Assembly: GCA_965248435.1 (NCBI GenBank) | Contig: OZ252100.1 | Location: forward strand, 4,320,001 to 4,384,000 | Length of the DNA stretch: 64,000 nt | From: Candidatus Latescibacterota bacterium | Lineage (GTDB): Bacteria; Latescibacterota; UBA2968; GCA-2709665 | Reading direction: 5' to 3' | The notes under the pieces: model-generated | Seen by the model: the letters and a program-made list of their open reading frames with translations, nothing else | The model's database searches: none | What the model was told of the DNA's origin: nothing | Part shown: piece after piece, positions 41,677 through 50,825 of the stretch | How positions within the stretch are numbered: position 1 is the stretch's first letter | Layout of the letters: the number at the start of each line of letters is the position of its first letter | Position numbers and translations under genes: made by a program

Positions 41677-41732
41677 ACCATTATCCTATGAGCGAACTGA
41701 CTCTATGGACATTACTTTTGTTAGGGATTCTA

Positions 41733-41761
41733 ATTATAGTTCCTGTGAAAAGTGGCGTCAA
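41733..41761 (-). promoter_or_regulatory. Near-consensus sigma70 promoter for frdABCD
   Basis: TTGACG-N17-TATAAT on the minus strand. Confidence 0.8.
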
Positions 41762-41775
41762 ACGAATTCTCCGCC

Positions 41776-42897
41776 TCACTTCCCGGGATGCGCCAAACCC
41801 AGGTCTTCGTAGATCGCGGAATGGACCAGCCTGGCACGCCGGTTATGCCGGGGTTCCCCGGGTGTCCCGTTGAAGACTATGGCCACGGCGAGCCCCTGTT
41901 CCGGGTCGGCAAACCCGGCGGAGGACTGATATCCACCGTGACCGAACGTGTTCTCCGAGGCGTGGATCCCGTAGCCGTAGGGAAGGGTCTGAGAACCGTA
42001 GCGGTTTGAGTTGAGGATAAAGCCGAGTCCCCAATCGATCCGGTGCCTGAAGGTCTCGTCGAACATCCCGACACGGTGCGGTTTCGTGAGGAGCCGGACA
42101 GAATCGGCCGAGAGGATGCGGACACCGTCCAACTCGCCACCAGCCAGGAGCATTTCGTAGAAACGCCCGAGTTCGCGAATGGGCCCTCGCCCGCCCCCAC
42201 CGGGTTTGCACTGGACGGCTGCCTCCTCGGTGTCCAAATGGGTATGGGGCTCGGGGGCCCGTTTGCCCGAAATGTGCATGATGCCGATACGACCCCCGTA
42301 GTTGCGATAGCGCTCTGCTGGCAGCCCTACCCACGAATCCATCATTCCGATCGGTTCAAAGATCTCTTCGCGAACGTAATGCTCGAAAGGTCTCCCGTCT
42401 ATCCGTTTGAGAACTTCTGCAAGGACAAACCACCCTGAGGCGATGTGATACCCTGCCTTTTCACCGGGGATCCAACCCGGTTCGAGGGGCGCCTCATAGA
42501 TGGACGTGAGGATCTTGTCCCACGGATCCCTGTCCCAGTCGACCTCTACCCATCGGAAGCCGCCGGTATGGGTGAGTACGTGCTGGAGGGTGACGGCCTC
42601 CTTGCCGTTTTGAGCAAATTCGGGGATGTATCGGATGACGGGATCGCCGAAGTCGACGTCGCCCTGTTCGCGTAGTCTCGCCAGGGCAACTGCTGCAATC
42701 GGTTTTGTGGAGGAGAGCCAGATCATGAGGGTGTCCGGTTCCATCGCGACACCCCGTCGGGCTTCTCCGATTGCAAAATCGGCGACCGGTTCGCCATCTA
42801 TCGAGACGTAGACCTGGGCGCCGATGTGCAGGCCTTCTTCGATCCCTTGTTGGAGGAGTTCCAGCGTTCGTGGGAAATTGGACTTGGCAGTTGCCAC
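41776..42897 (-). CDS. Serine hydrolase (beta-lactamase-related family)
   Basis: SxxK (SSTK), LTHTGG, PG...GYH, FGHGG. GTG start at 42897 is inferred. Confidence 0.85.
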   Translation of the reverse strand: MATAKSNFPRTLELLQQGIEEGLHIGAQVYVSIDGEPVADFAIGEARRGVAMEPDTLMIWLSSTKPIAAVALARLREQGDVDFGDPVIRYIPEFAQNGKEAVTLQHVLTHTGGFRWVEVDWDRDPWDKILTSIYEAPLEPGWIPGEKAGYHIASGWFVLAEVLKRIDGRPFEHYVREEIFEPIGMMDSWVGLPAERYRNYGGRIGIMHISGKRAPEPHTHLDTEEAAVQCKPGGGGRGPIRELGRFYEMLLAGGELDGVRILSADSVRLLTKPHRVGMFDETFRHRIDWGLGFILNSNRYGSQTLPYGYGIHASENTFGHGGYQSSAGFADPEQGLAVAIVFNGTPGEPRHNRRARLVHSAIYEDLGLAHPGK

Positions 42898-42910
42898 GTC
42901 TGTGGTCAAG

Positions 42911-44014
42911 CTATTGCAGCTTGCCCCGACCCAGCAGTGGCCAAACAGCTTCCACGATGCCGTCGCGGGCGGCGTAGAGTTGGTCGTGCAGGAAGACGGT
43001 CGTGTCGGAGTAGCCGACGACAAAGGATATCCGATCTCCAATCCTAGGGAGATCATTCGGCTGTTTGAGTTGGATCGTGCCGTGTTCGGCTGAAAGCGAG
43101 ATCGATTCAACGTTGGGAATTCCGATTGGCTGCGGCTCGGCTGCATCGCCGCTCATCGTCTTTCTCCCGGCGTCGCAGATGATCCGAGTCGGTGCGGAGC
43201 GACTCGTCACGGTGGCAAGCACAAAAAGGGCGTATTCGTGGTCCACGCCGAAATGATTTCTGTAGAGAATATCGCAGTAGATCCCGCCGCCGGCGACGAC
43301 CTCCGTAATCTCTGGATGGAATGCACTGATCCAGTAAGTACCAGTCCCACCACAGCTGAGGATTTCGACCGGTATGCCATCCTCCCGGATCAGCCGAGCG
43401 GTATCTGTAAACTGATCCAGCGCCTCCGTGATCACTTGCCGCTTCTCGTCTGGGTCCTGAATCCTCAGTGAGTGGGATTCCCACGTCTGGAGCCCCGCGA
43501 ATTTCAGGCCTTTACATTGAGAGATCTTTCTGGCTAGCGCAAGCGTCGGCTCGCCGGGTTGCGCACCTGCACGGTGAGTTCCTACATCCACTTCGATTAG
43601 GATCCGAATCGTCACGTCGTTCTCTCTCGCTGCCTGGTCGATCTCCATCACATTTTCTTCACTATCGACATTTACTATCACGTCCGCGTGCTTCCTCAGG
43701 TTCACGAGACGTGTGACTTTGCGCGCTCCCACGACCTGGTTGCAGACGAGGATGTCTTTGATTCCTCCGGCCGCCATAACTTCCGCTTCGCCAAGTTTTG
43801 CGCAAGTTACGCCGATGGCCCCTGCGTCCAGAAGTTTGTGGGCCAGCGCAGGGGATTTCACCGCTTTGGTATGTGGGCGCCACTGGATGCCCGCGTCCTG
43901 GATCATAGTGTTCGCCATCTTCTGAATATTTCGCTCCATTACATCTAGATCTACCAGAAGCACAGGAGTATCCAGGTCGTCCGTCGAGCGTCCGATCGCA
44001 TCTATCTGAGGCAT
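42911..44014 (-). CDS. DSD1/D-threonine aldolase-like PLP-dependent enzyme
   Basis: DTPVLLVD, RPHTKAVK (PLP Lys), EVDVGTHRAG, GGTGT, DAGRK, SAEHG. Confidence 0.88.
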   Translation of the reverse strand: MPQIDAIGRSTDDLDTPVLLVDLDVMERNIQKMANTMIQDAGIQWRPHTKAVKSPALAHKLLDAGAIGVTCAKLGEAEVMAAGGIKDILVCNQVVGARKVTRLVNLRKHADVIVNVDSEENVMEIDQAARENDVTIRILIEVDVGTHRAGAQPGEPTLALARKISQCKGLKFAGLQTWESHSLRIQDPDEKRQVITEALDQFTDTARLIREDGIPVEILSCGGTGTYWISAFHPEITEVVAGGGIYCDILYRNHFGVDHEYALFVLATVTSRSAPTRIICDAGRKTMSGDAAEPQPIGIPNVESISLSAEHGTIQLKQPNDLPRIGDRISFVVGYSDTTVFLHDQLYAARDGIVEAVWPLLGRGKLQ

Positions 44015-44144
44015 GAAGATCCTTCCTTGAAGACATTGATATGCAGGTGATGTCGATTTCAAGATACAAGTGCGTGGAATTCGGCGCAAGGGTATAAAAT
44101 CGTTGATCGTTGTTCGAGAACCCAGCTCCGCTATCTACTCCTGC

Positions 44145-44173
44145 TTGACGAGGACACAGCGAAATGATAACTT
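44145..44173 (+). promoter_or_regulatory. sigma70 promoter with extended -10
   Basis: TTGACG-N17-TAACTT with TGn; the predicted +1 is near the ATG at 44180. Confidence 0.55.
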
Positions 44174-44179
44174 AAGTCT

Positions 44180-44605
44180 ATGAATAAGCCAGCGATCGTA
44201 TACGATGGGGAGTGCCGGTTCTGCCTCTGGAGTGTGGGCAGGATTCAGAGGGTAGATCACCTGGATCAGTTTGAATATCTCCCCCGCCAGAATCCTGATG
44301 CGGAGGCCAGGTTTCCCCTCCTTTCAGCCTCCGATTTCAGTACCGGGTTGAGGCTTGTTGTGGCTGAGGGTAAGATCCACATCGGTGCAGATTCGGTCTA
44401 CGAGATTTACCGGAGGATTCCGCCGTTCAAGGTGATAACATGGCTGTATCGGGTCCCTTTGATCCACACACTCTTCAAGGCATGTTACGCGCTTATCGCC
44501 AGGAACAGACATCTTTTCGGCCGCGTGGAGTGCGAAACAGAAGCTTGCGATGTTCCTTATTCAGAACGAGGAACCGTCACGCCAAGAAGCGGAAAAGGCC
44601 CTTGA
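44180..44605 (+). CDS. DCC1-like thiol-disulfide oxidoreductase (DUF393)
   Basis: YDGECRFC motif; Y..IARNR. Confidence 0.88.
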   Translation: MNKPAIVYDGECRFCLWSVGRIQRVDHLDQFEYLPRQNPDAEARFPLLSASDFSTGLRLVVAEGKIHIGADSVYEIYRRIPPFKVITWLYRVPLIHTLFKACYALIARNRHLFGRVECETEACDVPYSERGTVTPRSGKGP

Positions 44606-44630
44606 CAGGACAGATCAAATGGCCTACTCT
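44602..44630 (+). promoter_or_regulatory. sigma70 promoter for trpS leader
   Basis: TTGACA-N17-TACTCT. Confidence 0.7.
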
Positions 44631-44662
44631 TTAATCTCCAAGTCTTAAGAAAGGAAACCCCA

Positions 44663-44767
44663 GTGTTGTTGAAGACGGTGTCCAAAATTTCGAGTAGCAT
44701 CCAGAAGGTTGGTTGGTGGCGAAGCGCCGACACGATCCGCTGGCCGAGGTGTGCCCAACTGATTTGA
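44663..44767 (+). CDS. Trp attenuator leader peptide (34 aa, MLLKTVSKISSSIQKVGWWRSADTIRWPRCAQLI)
   Basis: AAGAAAGGA RBS, GTG start, tandem TGG TGG at 44714-44719, TGA at 44765. Confidence 0.8.
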   Translation: MLLKTVSKISSSIQKVGWWRSADTIRWPRCAQLI

Positions 44768-44828
44768 TCAGGTTTTCCCTAGCGTCTATCATAACACCCC
44801 TGCCGGCACGTCCAGCAGGGGGTTTTTT
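44739..44828 (+). promoter_or_regulatory. Attenuator: antiterminator and Rho-independent terminator
   Basis: Terminator CCCCTGC-CGG...CCA-GCAGGGG followed by TTTTTT (44797-44828). Bases 44739-44752 (GCTGGCCGAGGTGT) can pair with 44794-44807 (ACACCCCTGCCGGC). Confidence 0.8.
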
Positions 44829-44865
44829 ATTGACGCATCGAAGCGTCACTTAAGGAGCGAGAAAG

Positions 44866-45927
44866 ATGAGTGACAAGAAGCGGATCCTGACGGGTGATCG
44901 CCCCACGGGAAGGCTGCATCTGGGTCATTACGTCGGATCCATGAAAAATCGTGTCCTGCTTCAGGGCGAGTATGAGTGCTATTTCCTGATCGCCGACCTT
45001 CATATGCTCACGACCCGTCCCCAGAAGGAGCATATAGATGAACTCAGGGGAAACATCCGCGAGATGGTCCTGGACTACCTTGCCGTCGGAGTGGACCCTT
45101 CAAAGTCGACCATCTATCTCCAGTCGGCTGTCCACGCTGTCTACGAGATGAATCTGTTCTTCGAGATGCTGGTCACGTTGCCGCGGCTGACTCGCCTGCC
45201 GAGTATCAAGGATATGGCGCGGGCCGCCAACATGGATGATGACGCCATTCCTTTCGGGCTTGTCGGATATCCCGTGCTTCAGGCAGCGGACATCCTGATG
45301 CCGCGCGCGCATCTCGTCCCGGTGGGCAAAGACAACGAAGCCCACGTGGAGATCACTCGAGAGATCGCGCGGCGGTTCAATCTCTATTACGGGGAAGTCT
45401 TTCCTATTCCGGAGGCCAGAATCGGAGATGTCCCGACGCTTGTTGGGACCGATGGCCAGACCAAGATGAGTAAAAGTCTCGACAACACGATTTTCCTCTC
45501 CGATGAGGCCGACGTCGTGAAAAAGAAGGTGCGTGCGATGTTCACGGATCCGAAACGCGTTCGAGCCGATATTCCCGGGACGGTCGAGGGCAATCCGGTT
45601 TTTATCTATCACGACGCGTTCAATCCGAATACGGAGGAGGTCGAAGACCTGAAGGCGCGCTATCGGAACGGCAGGGTTGGGGACGTGGAAGTGAAGGAGA
45701 AACTGACGCAGGCCCTTAACGCCTTCCTGGATCCCATTCGGGAGCGCAGGCGGCAATTCGCGGATGACAGCGGGTTTGTGGAGGAGGTACTCTACGAAGG
45801 TACGATGCATATCCAAAAGATCGCGGACGAGACCTTGAGCATGATGAAGAAAGCCATGGGGCTCGCCGGCGTCTGGAATCGAATTTCCCGGCTGGCACGG
45901 AAGCGGATTAAAGAACGTGGATCGTGA
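44866..45927 (+). CDS. trpS: Tryptophan--tRNA ligase (TrpRS II-like)
   Basis: TGDRPTGRLHLGH (HIGH), YPVLQAADI, KMSKS, PGTVEGNPVF. Confidence 0.96.
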   Translation: MSDKKRILTGDRPTGRLHLGHYVGSMKNRVLLQGEYECYFLIADLHMLTTRPQKEHIDELRGNIREMVLDYLAVGVDPSKSTIYLQSAVHAVYEMNLFFEMLVTLPRLTRLPSIKDMARAANMDDDAIPFGLVGYPVLQAADILMPRAHLVPVGKDNEAHVEITREIARRFNLYYGEVFPIPEARIGDVPTLVGTDGQTKMSKSLDNTIFLSDEADVVKKKVRAMFTDPKRVRADIPGTVEGNPVFIYHDAFNPNTEEVEDLKARYRNGRVGDVEVKEKLTQALNAFLDPIRERRRQFADDSGFVEEVLYEGTMHIQKIADETLSMMKKAMGLAGVWNRISRLARKRIKERGS

Positions 45928-46086
45928 ATCGTCGCTCGTTGTTCGTGGACCCCTCCCTCGGTCTCCCTCGACCAGGCTCGGGACAGGCCTCCCCTAAAGG
46001 GAGGGAAGGTAGGAGCACTGCCTTCGGCAAAAGGAAATCTTGCTCCTCCCTTCCCTTTAGGGAAGGGAGGCTGGGGGGGTTAGGTC
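45916..46086. repeat. (CGTnnnT)n heptamers plus paired REP-like palindromes between convergent trpS and GNAT
   Basis: cgtggat-cgtgaat-cgtcgct-cgttgtt-cgtggac; cctcccctaaagggagg at 45988; perfect CCTCCCTTCCCT-tt-AGGGAAGGGAGG at 46045-46070. Confidence 0.75.
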
Positions 46087-46662
46087 CGCAACGCCCAGTT
46101 GCTCCAGAACGTCTTTCCACCTTTTCTTGTGATTCTCGTGCGTATGTTCAGGAACGAAGCCTACCTTCAAGTAGCTCTTGATCGCCGCAAGACGAAAGTC
46201 GTCGGTGAGGAGGTGTGCCCTTTTGAACTCGAGTTTCTTGAGACGATGGAGGATGGCTGCGTTGATGAGGTTTCCCAACCCTTTCCCGCGGTGGGATTCG
46301 AGAGCTGCAATCATGTGGAGTTCCCCGACTTCTGAATCACCCTGGTGGCGCCAGGCACAACCGCTGGCCACAGGCTCTCCTTCGTGGGTGGCGAAAAAGA
46401 GGTTTCCTGGATCGAAGCGCGCGTCCTGAACGATCTGCTCCTTCCATTTCTCATCTGTCCAGTTCCTCCCAACATTGCCTTCCATAATTCTGCACCAGGC
46501 GGCTTCGTCTCCGGGAAGATACGTCCTGAGATCGTATCCCTCGGGGATAGAGATTTCTGGAAGGTTCTCCAGATTTGGCCTGACCATCTCGAGCTGAGGC
46601 CGCAACTTTTTCGAAGAGGAAGGGCGCTTCTTGAATAGCCCTGCAATGAGCTGGTGAAGCAT
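46057..46662 (-). CDS. GNAT family N-acetyltransferase
   Basis: HRGKGLG acetyl-CoA motif; AAIKSYLKVGF. Confidence 0.85.
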   Translation of the reverse strand: MLHQLIAGLFKKRPSSSKKLRPQLEMVRPNLENLPEISIPEGYDLRTYLPGDEAAWCRIMEGNVGRNWTDEKWKEQIVQDARFDPGNLFFATHEGEPVASGCAWRHQGDSEVGELHMIAALESHRGKGLGNLINAAILHRLKKLEFKRAHLLTDDFRLAAIKSYLKVGFVPEHTHENHKKRWKDVLEQLGVADLTPPASLP

Positions 46663-46689
46663 CTAGGTTACCCTGTTACAGTTGGACCG

Positions 46690-47721
46690 TCACGCTACGC
46701 AGATAAAGTCTTTCCCTTCGAGAAGGCCCATTGTTCCCAGCTGACCCCTGATCAAACCTCTCGCGCCACGCGAAGGGACGGCCGCCAGGACAAGCGGGTT
46801 CCGATTCGATATCCGAGTCTGCTTGAGGTCCCCCACAGAGATGATGGGTGCCCCACGGCGTGTTCGATCGATCTTCCTTGGGTCGATGTCTACGAAGGCA
46901 ACGATTTCAACACCCTCGCGTTGGAGGTGTTTGGAGATCCGTCGACCGATCTGCCCGGCCCCCCATATAATGACACGGGGATCAGAGCAGAGGGGTCCTC
47001 GTCGCAGATAGTGCGCCTTTGCCTTCAGGAAGTTCTCGACAGAGTAGCGATTGTGACGACGGGAGAGCCTTCCCGGGTCTTCACGCCAGTAGAGGAGGAC
47101 CCTGGGAATCTTTGCAAAACGGCTGCCCGAAACGTTGAGTCGCAGCCAGAGGTCGTAATCCTCGGGCCAACCGAAATCCTTGTATCCGCCAGCGGATACC
47201 AGCGCATCCCTGCGGATCATCGTGGATGGATGGGCAACCGGGCTTTCAATGTAGATGTCCCGCGCGACATCCTCCGGTGAGCAGAGACCGTTGAGCCAGG
47301 ATTCATAGGTCAGGAACCCCTCCCTGACACGTGGACGAGGGAAGCATCGGATGAGGGAGCTGACCACCGTAACATCAGGGTTCCAGCGAAGAAAATCAAC
47401 CTGCAAGCCCAGGCGGTCCGGATGGGCGATATCATCTGAGTCCATTCGCGCGATCAGACGACCTTCCGCATTTGCCAGCCCAAGATTCAGGGCGTCCACA
47501 ATGCCCTTCCTGCCTTGAAAGAACGGCTTGACCCGTGGATCGCGATCGGCATAATACCTCAGGATGGATGGCGAATCGTCTTCCGATCCGTCATCAACAA
47601 CGACCAACTCGAAGTCCTGAAACCGTTGGTACAAGAGGCTGTTCAGGGCTTGGGGAAGCGTATTTTCCGCATTGTAGACCGGCATCAGTGCGGACAGGAT
47701 CTTTGGCGCGGCCTGGGCCAT
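46690..47721 (-). CDS. Glycosyltransferase family 2
   Basis: SALMPVYNAE, VDDGSED, ARMDSDD, EDYDLW; C-terminal IWGAG Rossmann-like domain. Confidence 0.9.
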   Translation of the reverse strand: MAQAAPKILSALMPVYNAENTLPQALNSLLYQRFQDFELVVVDDGSEDDSPSILRYYADRDPRVKPFFQGRKGIVDALNLGLANAEGRLIARMDSDDIAHPDRLGLQVDFLRWNPDVTVVSSLIRCFPRPRVREGFLTYESWLNGLCSPEDVARDIYIESPVAHPSTMIRRDALVSAGGYKDFGWPEDYDLWLRLNVSGSRFAKIPRVLLYWREDPGRLSRRHNRYSVENFLKAKAHYLRRGPLCSDPRVIIWGAGQIGRRISKHLQREGVEIVAFVDIDPRKIDRTRRGAPIISVGDLKQTRISNRNPLVLAAVPSRGARGLIRGQLGTMGLLEGKDFICVA

Positions 47722-47816
47722 TCGATTCCTATCGTGACAGGTGAGGGCGGTATCACCACCCAAAATAGCTTGAAAAAGCGCGTTCGGTCAAGAGTGGGAC
47801 AAGGGGCCAAAATACC

Positions 47817-47845
47817 TTGACATTTTACGGGGCGTGCAATATACT
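47817..47845 (+). promoter_or_regulatory. sigma70 promoter of nuo operon
   Basis: TTGACA-N17-TATACT. Confidence 0.8.
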
Positions 47846-47942
47846 ATTCTATCTTTACCCGATTCTGACATTCTTAAGTGCTTGATGAATTTGATCTTAT
47901 GAGTATTTGCGCATGCAGCGGCCGGCACGGTCGCACCTTCCC

Positions 47943-48308
47943 ATGCTGAGGGACTATCTTCCGATCGCGATCCTGATGGCTGTCGCGGGGGGATTTGCGC
48001 TCACCAGCCTGGCTGCGACGCATCTGTTCGGACCTCATCGCCCCAATCCGGTCAAGCTTTCTCCTTACGAATCGGGCGTCCCCCCGATCGGAGATGCTCG
48101 TCTCCGCTTTTCAGTCAAGTTTTACCTCGTAGCGATGGACTTCATCATCTTCGATATTGAAGTCGTGTTCCTTTACCCCTGGGCCGTTGTCTTCAAAGAT
48201 CTGCTGGTCCAGGGCGTTTTTATATTTGTCGGAATGGCCGTGTTTCTGGCCGTCCTGGCCCTGGGCCTCGCCTACTCTTGGCGAAAGGGGGGTCTGGATT
48301 GGGACTAG
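47943..48308 (+). CDS. nuoA: NADH-quinone oxidoreductase subunit A
   Basis: KLSPYESG, KFYLVA..FIIFDIEVVFLYPWA, GGLDW. Confidence 0.95.
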   Translation: MLRDYLPIAILMAVAGGFALTSLAATHLFGPHRPNPVKLSPYESGVPPIGDARLRFSVKFYLVAMDFIIFDIEVVFLYPWAVVFKDLLVQGVFIFVGMAVFLAVLALGLAYSWRKGGLDWD

Positions 48309-48365
48309 AAAAGCCGTATCTCCATTGCGGAATAATAGGCGCAACCCTTTCGGTGATTGTCTTTT

Positions 48366-48393
48366 AACTCGAAACCCGAAACTTCAAACTCGA
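48366..48393 (+). repeat. (AACTCGA)n heptamer array
   Basis: aactcga-aacccga-aacttca-aactcga just before the nuoCD start. Confidence 0.8.
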
Positions 48394-48407
48394 AGCTGAT
48401 CCTAACA

Positions 48408-50165
48408 ATGAGCGAAGAAACAAAAGCCGAGGCCGTGTCGAACTTGACGGCTCAGAAGTTGACGGAGCGATTCGGCGAAGAGGTCCTCGAGGTCATCGAC
48501 TTCAAGGGCGAGACCACAGCGGTCTGCAAGAAGGGACAACTGCAGGACATTTTGACTTTCCTGAGAGACGATACCGACCTCGCGTATGACCGGTTGACGG
48601 ACCTGACGGCGGTGGACTATTCGGAGTACCCGGGGCCAGAGCAGGATGCACGGTTCAATGTCGTCTATCATCTTTACTCGCACCCCCATAACAAGCGCTT
48701 CAGGGTTCGAGCTCTGGTGGATGAGGAGACTTGCTCGATCGACTCTGCCTGCCCGGTCTGGAAAGGTGCGGAATGGCCGGAAAGAGAAGTGTTCGATATG
48801 TTCGGCCTGCAGTTCAAAGGGCATCCTGACCTGCGCCGCATCCTTATGCCGGTGAATTTCAGGGACTATCCCCTGCGAAAGGACTACCCCCTGCACGGGA
48901 AGGGGGAGCGAGATGTCATCGCACCCGAAGACCCCGGATTCGAAGGAAATCCCTTCTTTGACAAGGATGACGGAGGGAATAAGGATCCTCTTGCTTCAGA
49001 GCGCATGGTCTTGAATCTGGGCCCGCAACACCCGGCCACGCACGGCACGCTTCGACTCACGTTGGAACTTGAAGGCGAGCGCATCGTAAGGTGTATTCCG
49101 GATATCGGATATCTGCATACCGGATTCGAAAAACTGGGCGAGCATCACAACTACAATCAATGGGTGACGGTCACAGACCGAATGAACTATCTCTCGCCGC
49201 TATGCAACAACATCGGCTACGCGATGTGCGTGGAGCACCTGATGGGTCTGGAAGTCCCCCCGCGGGCTGTCTGCATCCGTGTGATTCTTGCTGAGCTTTC
49301 TCGCATTGCCGACCATATGGTCTGGCTGGGGACCCACGCATTAGACATCGGTGCGATGACGGTTTTCCTCTACACCTTTGAGCAGAGGGAATGGCTCTAC
49401 AACATATTCGAGGCAGTTACGGGTGCACGGTTGACGACCAGCTACACACGAGTCGGTGGTGTGGGTTGGGACGTTCCGGAGAATTTCAAGGAGGCGGTAG
49501 AGGAGTACACGGTCCAGTTTCCGAAGGCCATGGACGAAGTGGACCGGCTTTTGACTCGGAACCGCATCTGGATTGACCGAACGAAAGGAATTGGCGTAGT
49601 ATCCCCTGAAGATGCCATCGCCTGGAACATGACCGGACCAATGCTACGGGGTTCCGGAGTGGACTACGATATGAGAAAAGCCGAGCCTTACATGGGCTAC
49701 GAGGATTTCGATTTCGAGATTCCAGTTGGCGAGAACGGCGATGTGTACGATCGATACCTGGTCCGAATGGAGGAGTTGAGGCAGAGCGTTCGGATCGTGG
49801 AACAGGCTGTGAATCGCCTCCCGGAAGGCCCTGTGAAAGTGGATGATGCCAAGGTCATCCTACCCGAAAAGGATCAGGTGTATTCGGGTATGGAGTCGCT
49901 CATTCACCACTTCAAAGTGACGATGGATGGGCACGGGCTTACGCCGCCTTTGGGAGAGACCTATGTAGCGACGGAGGCCCCCAACGGAGAGCTGGGTTTC
50001 TATATTGTAAGTGACGGAACAGGCGAGGCCTACCGACTGAGAATACGCCCACCTTCTTTCATGAACTACCAGTCGTTCCCCGGGATGATCGAAGGACTTA
50101 TGATAGCGGACGTGGTCGCCGTCCTGGGGAGTATTAACGTGATTGCAGGTGAACTGGACCGGTAA
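48408..50165 (+). CDS. nuoCD: Fused NADH-quinone oxidoreductase subunit C/D
   Basis: EREVFDMFG..F.GHPDLRRI, then LNLGPQHPATHG, GYLHTGFEK, DRMNY, GELDR. Confidence 0.94.
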   Translation: MSEETKAEAVSNLTAQKLTERFGEEVLEVIDFKGETTAVCKKGQLQDILTFLRDDTDLAYDRLTDLTAVDYSEYPGPEQDARFNVVYHLYSHPHNKRFRVRALVDEETCSIDSACPVWKGAEWPEREVFDMFGLQFKGHPDLRRILMPVNFRDYPLRKDYPLHGKGERDVIAPEDPGFEGNPFFDKDDGGNKDPLASERMVLNLGPQHPATHGTLRLTLELEGERIVRCIPDIGYLHTGFEKLGEHHNYNQWVTVTDRMNYLSPLCNNIGYAMCVEHLMGLEVPPRAVCIRVILAELSRIADHMVWLGTHALDIGAMTVFLYTFEQREWLYNIFEAVTGARLTTSYTRVGGVGWDVPENFKEAVEEYTVQFPKAMDEVDRLLTRNRIWIDRTKGIGVVSPEDAIAWNMTGPMLRGSGVDYDMRKAEPYMGYEDFDFEIPVGENGDVYDRYLVRMEELRQSVRIVEQAVNRLPEGPVKVDDAKVILPEKDQVYSGMESLIHHFKVTMDGHGLTPPLGETYVATEAPNGELGFYIVSDGTGEAYRLRIRPPSFMNYQSFPGMIEGLMIADVVAVLGSINVIAGELDR

Positions 50166-50169
50166 GAAC

Positions 50170-50297
50170 CGTGGATCGTGCGTCGTGTCCTTTCGGACAC
50201 GACAGGATCGTCGTTCGTTGATCGCAAGCATCTGATGAATCGCGCTATCCGCACGGAGGCGGGTTCAATCCGAAATCCGAATTCCGCAATCCGCGAT
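50170..50297. repeat. Heptamer arrays and hairpin between nuoCD and nuoE
   Basis: cgtggat-cgtgcgt, hairpin GTCGTGTCC-tttc-GGACACGAC, cgtcgtt-cgttgat; aatccga-aatccga-attccgc-aatccgc at 50267-50294. Confidence 0.75.
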
Positions 50298-50313
50298 TGA
50301 CCAGGTAGTTGAC

Positions 50314-50793
50314 ATGGCCGAGACACTGTCTCCCGAGACCCAGAAGGCGTGCGAAGAGATCATCGGTCACTATCCAAGTGGCTGGAAGGAGGCGGCGATT
50401 CTTCCCATCCTCCATCTTGCACAGCGGGAGTGGGGCTACATCTCGATGGAAGGACTTCGTTACATTGCCGAAATGTTGGAGATGCCTCCCGCGCGGGCAG
50501 CGGGTGTGATGAGTTTTTACCCGATGTTCTACAAAGCCCCGGTAGGGAAGCACGTGATACAGGTTTGCAGCACACTTTCCTGTGCGCTCTGCGGAGCCAG
50601 AGAGGTCGTGGACCATCTGAAGAGCAGGTTGAGGATCGACGTGGGTGGGACCACCGAAGACGGAAAGTTCACGTTGACGAAGGCCGAGTGCATCGCGGCC
50701 TGCGAAGGGGCGCCTGCCATTCGAATCAACGACACGCTGCACCGATTCGTCAGCAAGGCGAAGATGGACGAGCTTTTGAACGGGCTGGAGTGA
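50314..50793 (+). CDS. nuoE: NADH-quinone oxidoreductase subunit E
   Basis: CSTLSC...ECIAAC [2Fe-2S] N1a. Confidence 0.93.
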   Translation: MAETLSPETQKACEEIIGHYPSGWKEAAILPILHLAQREWGYISMEGLRYIAEMLEMPPARAAGVMSFYPMFYKAPVGKHVIQVCSTLSCALCGAREVVDHLKSRLRIDVGGTTEDGKFTLTKAECIAACEGAPAIRINDTLHRFVSKAKMDELLNGLE

Positions 50794-50825
50794 ATCCTTT
50801 TACTTTCACGTGAGGTCCACTGGCC

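Noticed and set aside
40387-41691. 434-aa plus-strand ORF
   Set aside because: Antisense shadow of frdA with no motifs.
41776-42897. Antibiotic-resistance beta-lactamase
   Set aside because: No signal peptide; the motifs only support the broad serine hydrolase family.
42898-43146. N-terminal extension of the serine hydrolase ORF (similarly 59242, 2911, 39232, 48357 starts)
   Set aside because: These extensions overlap upstream genes or repeats; downstream starts fit homology and gene spacing better.
44630-44865. T-box riboswitch upstream of trpS
   Set aside because: No T-box consensus (AAxxAGGGTGGxACCGCG); the leader-peptide model explains the region.
45924-46181. 85-aa ORF after trpS
   Set aside because: Translation of repeat palindromes, overlapping the GNAT gene.
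48408-50165. NuoCD as a group 4 [NiFe]-hydrogenase large subunit
   Set aside because: No N- or C-terminal CxxC nickel ligands; the protein ends GELDR like NuoD.
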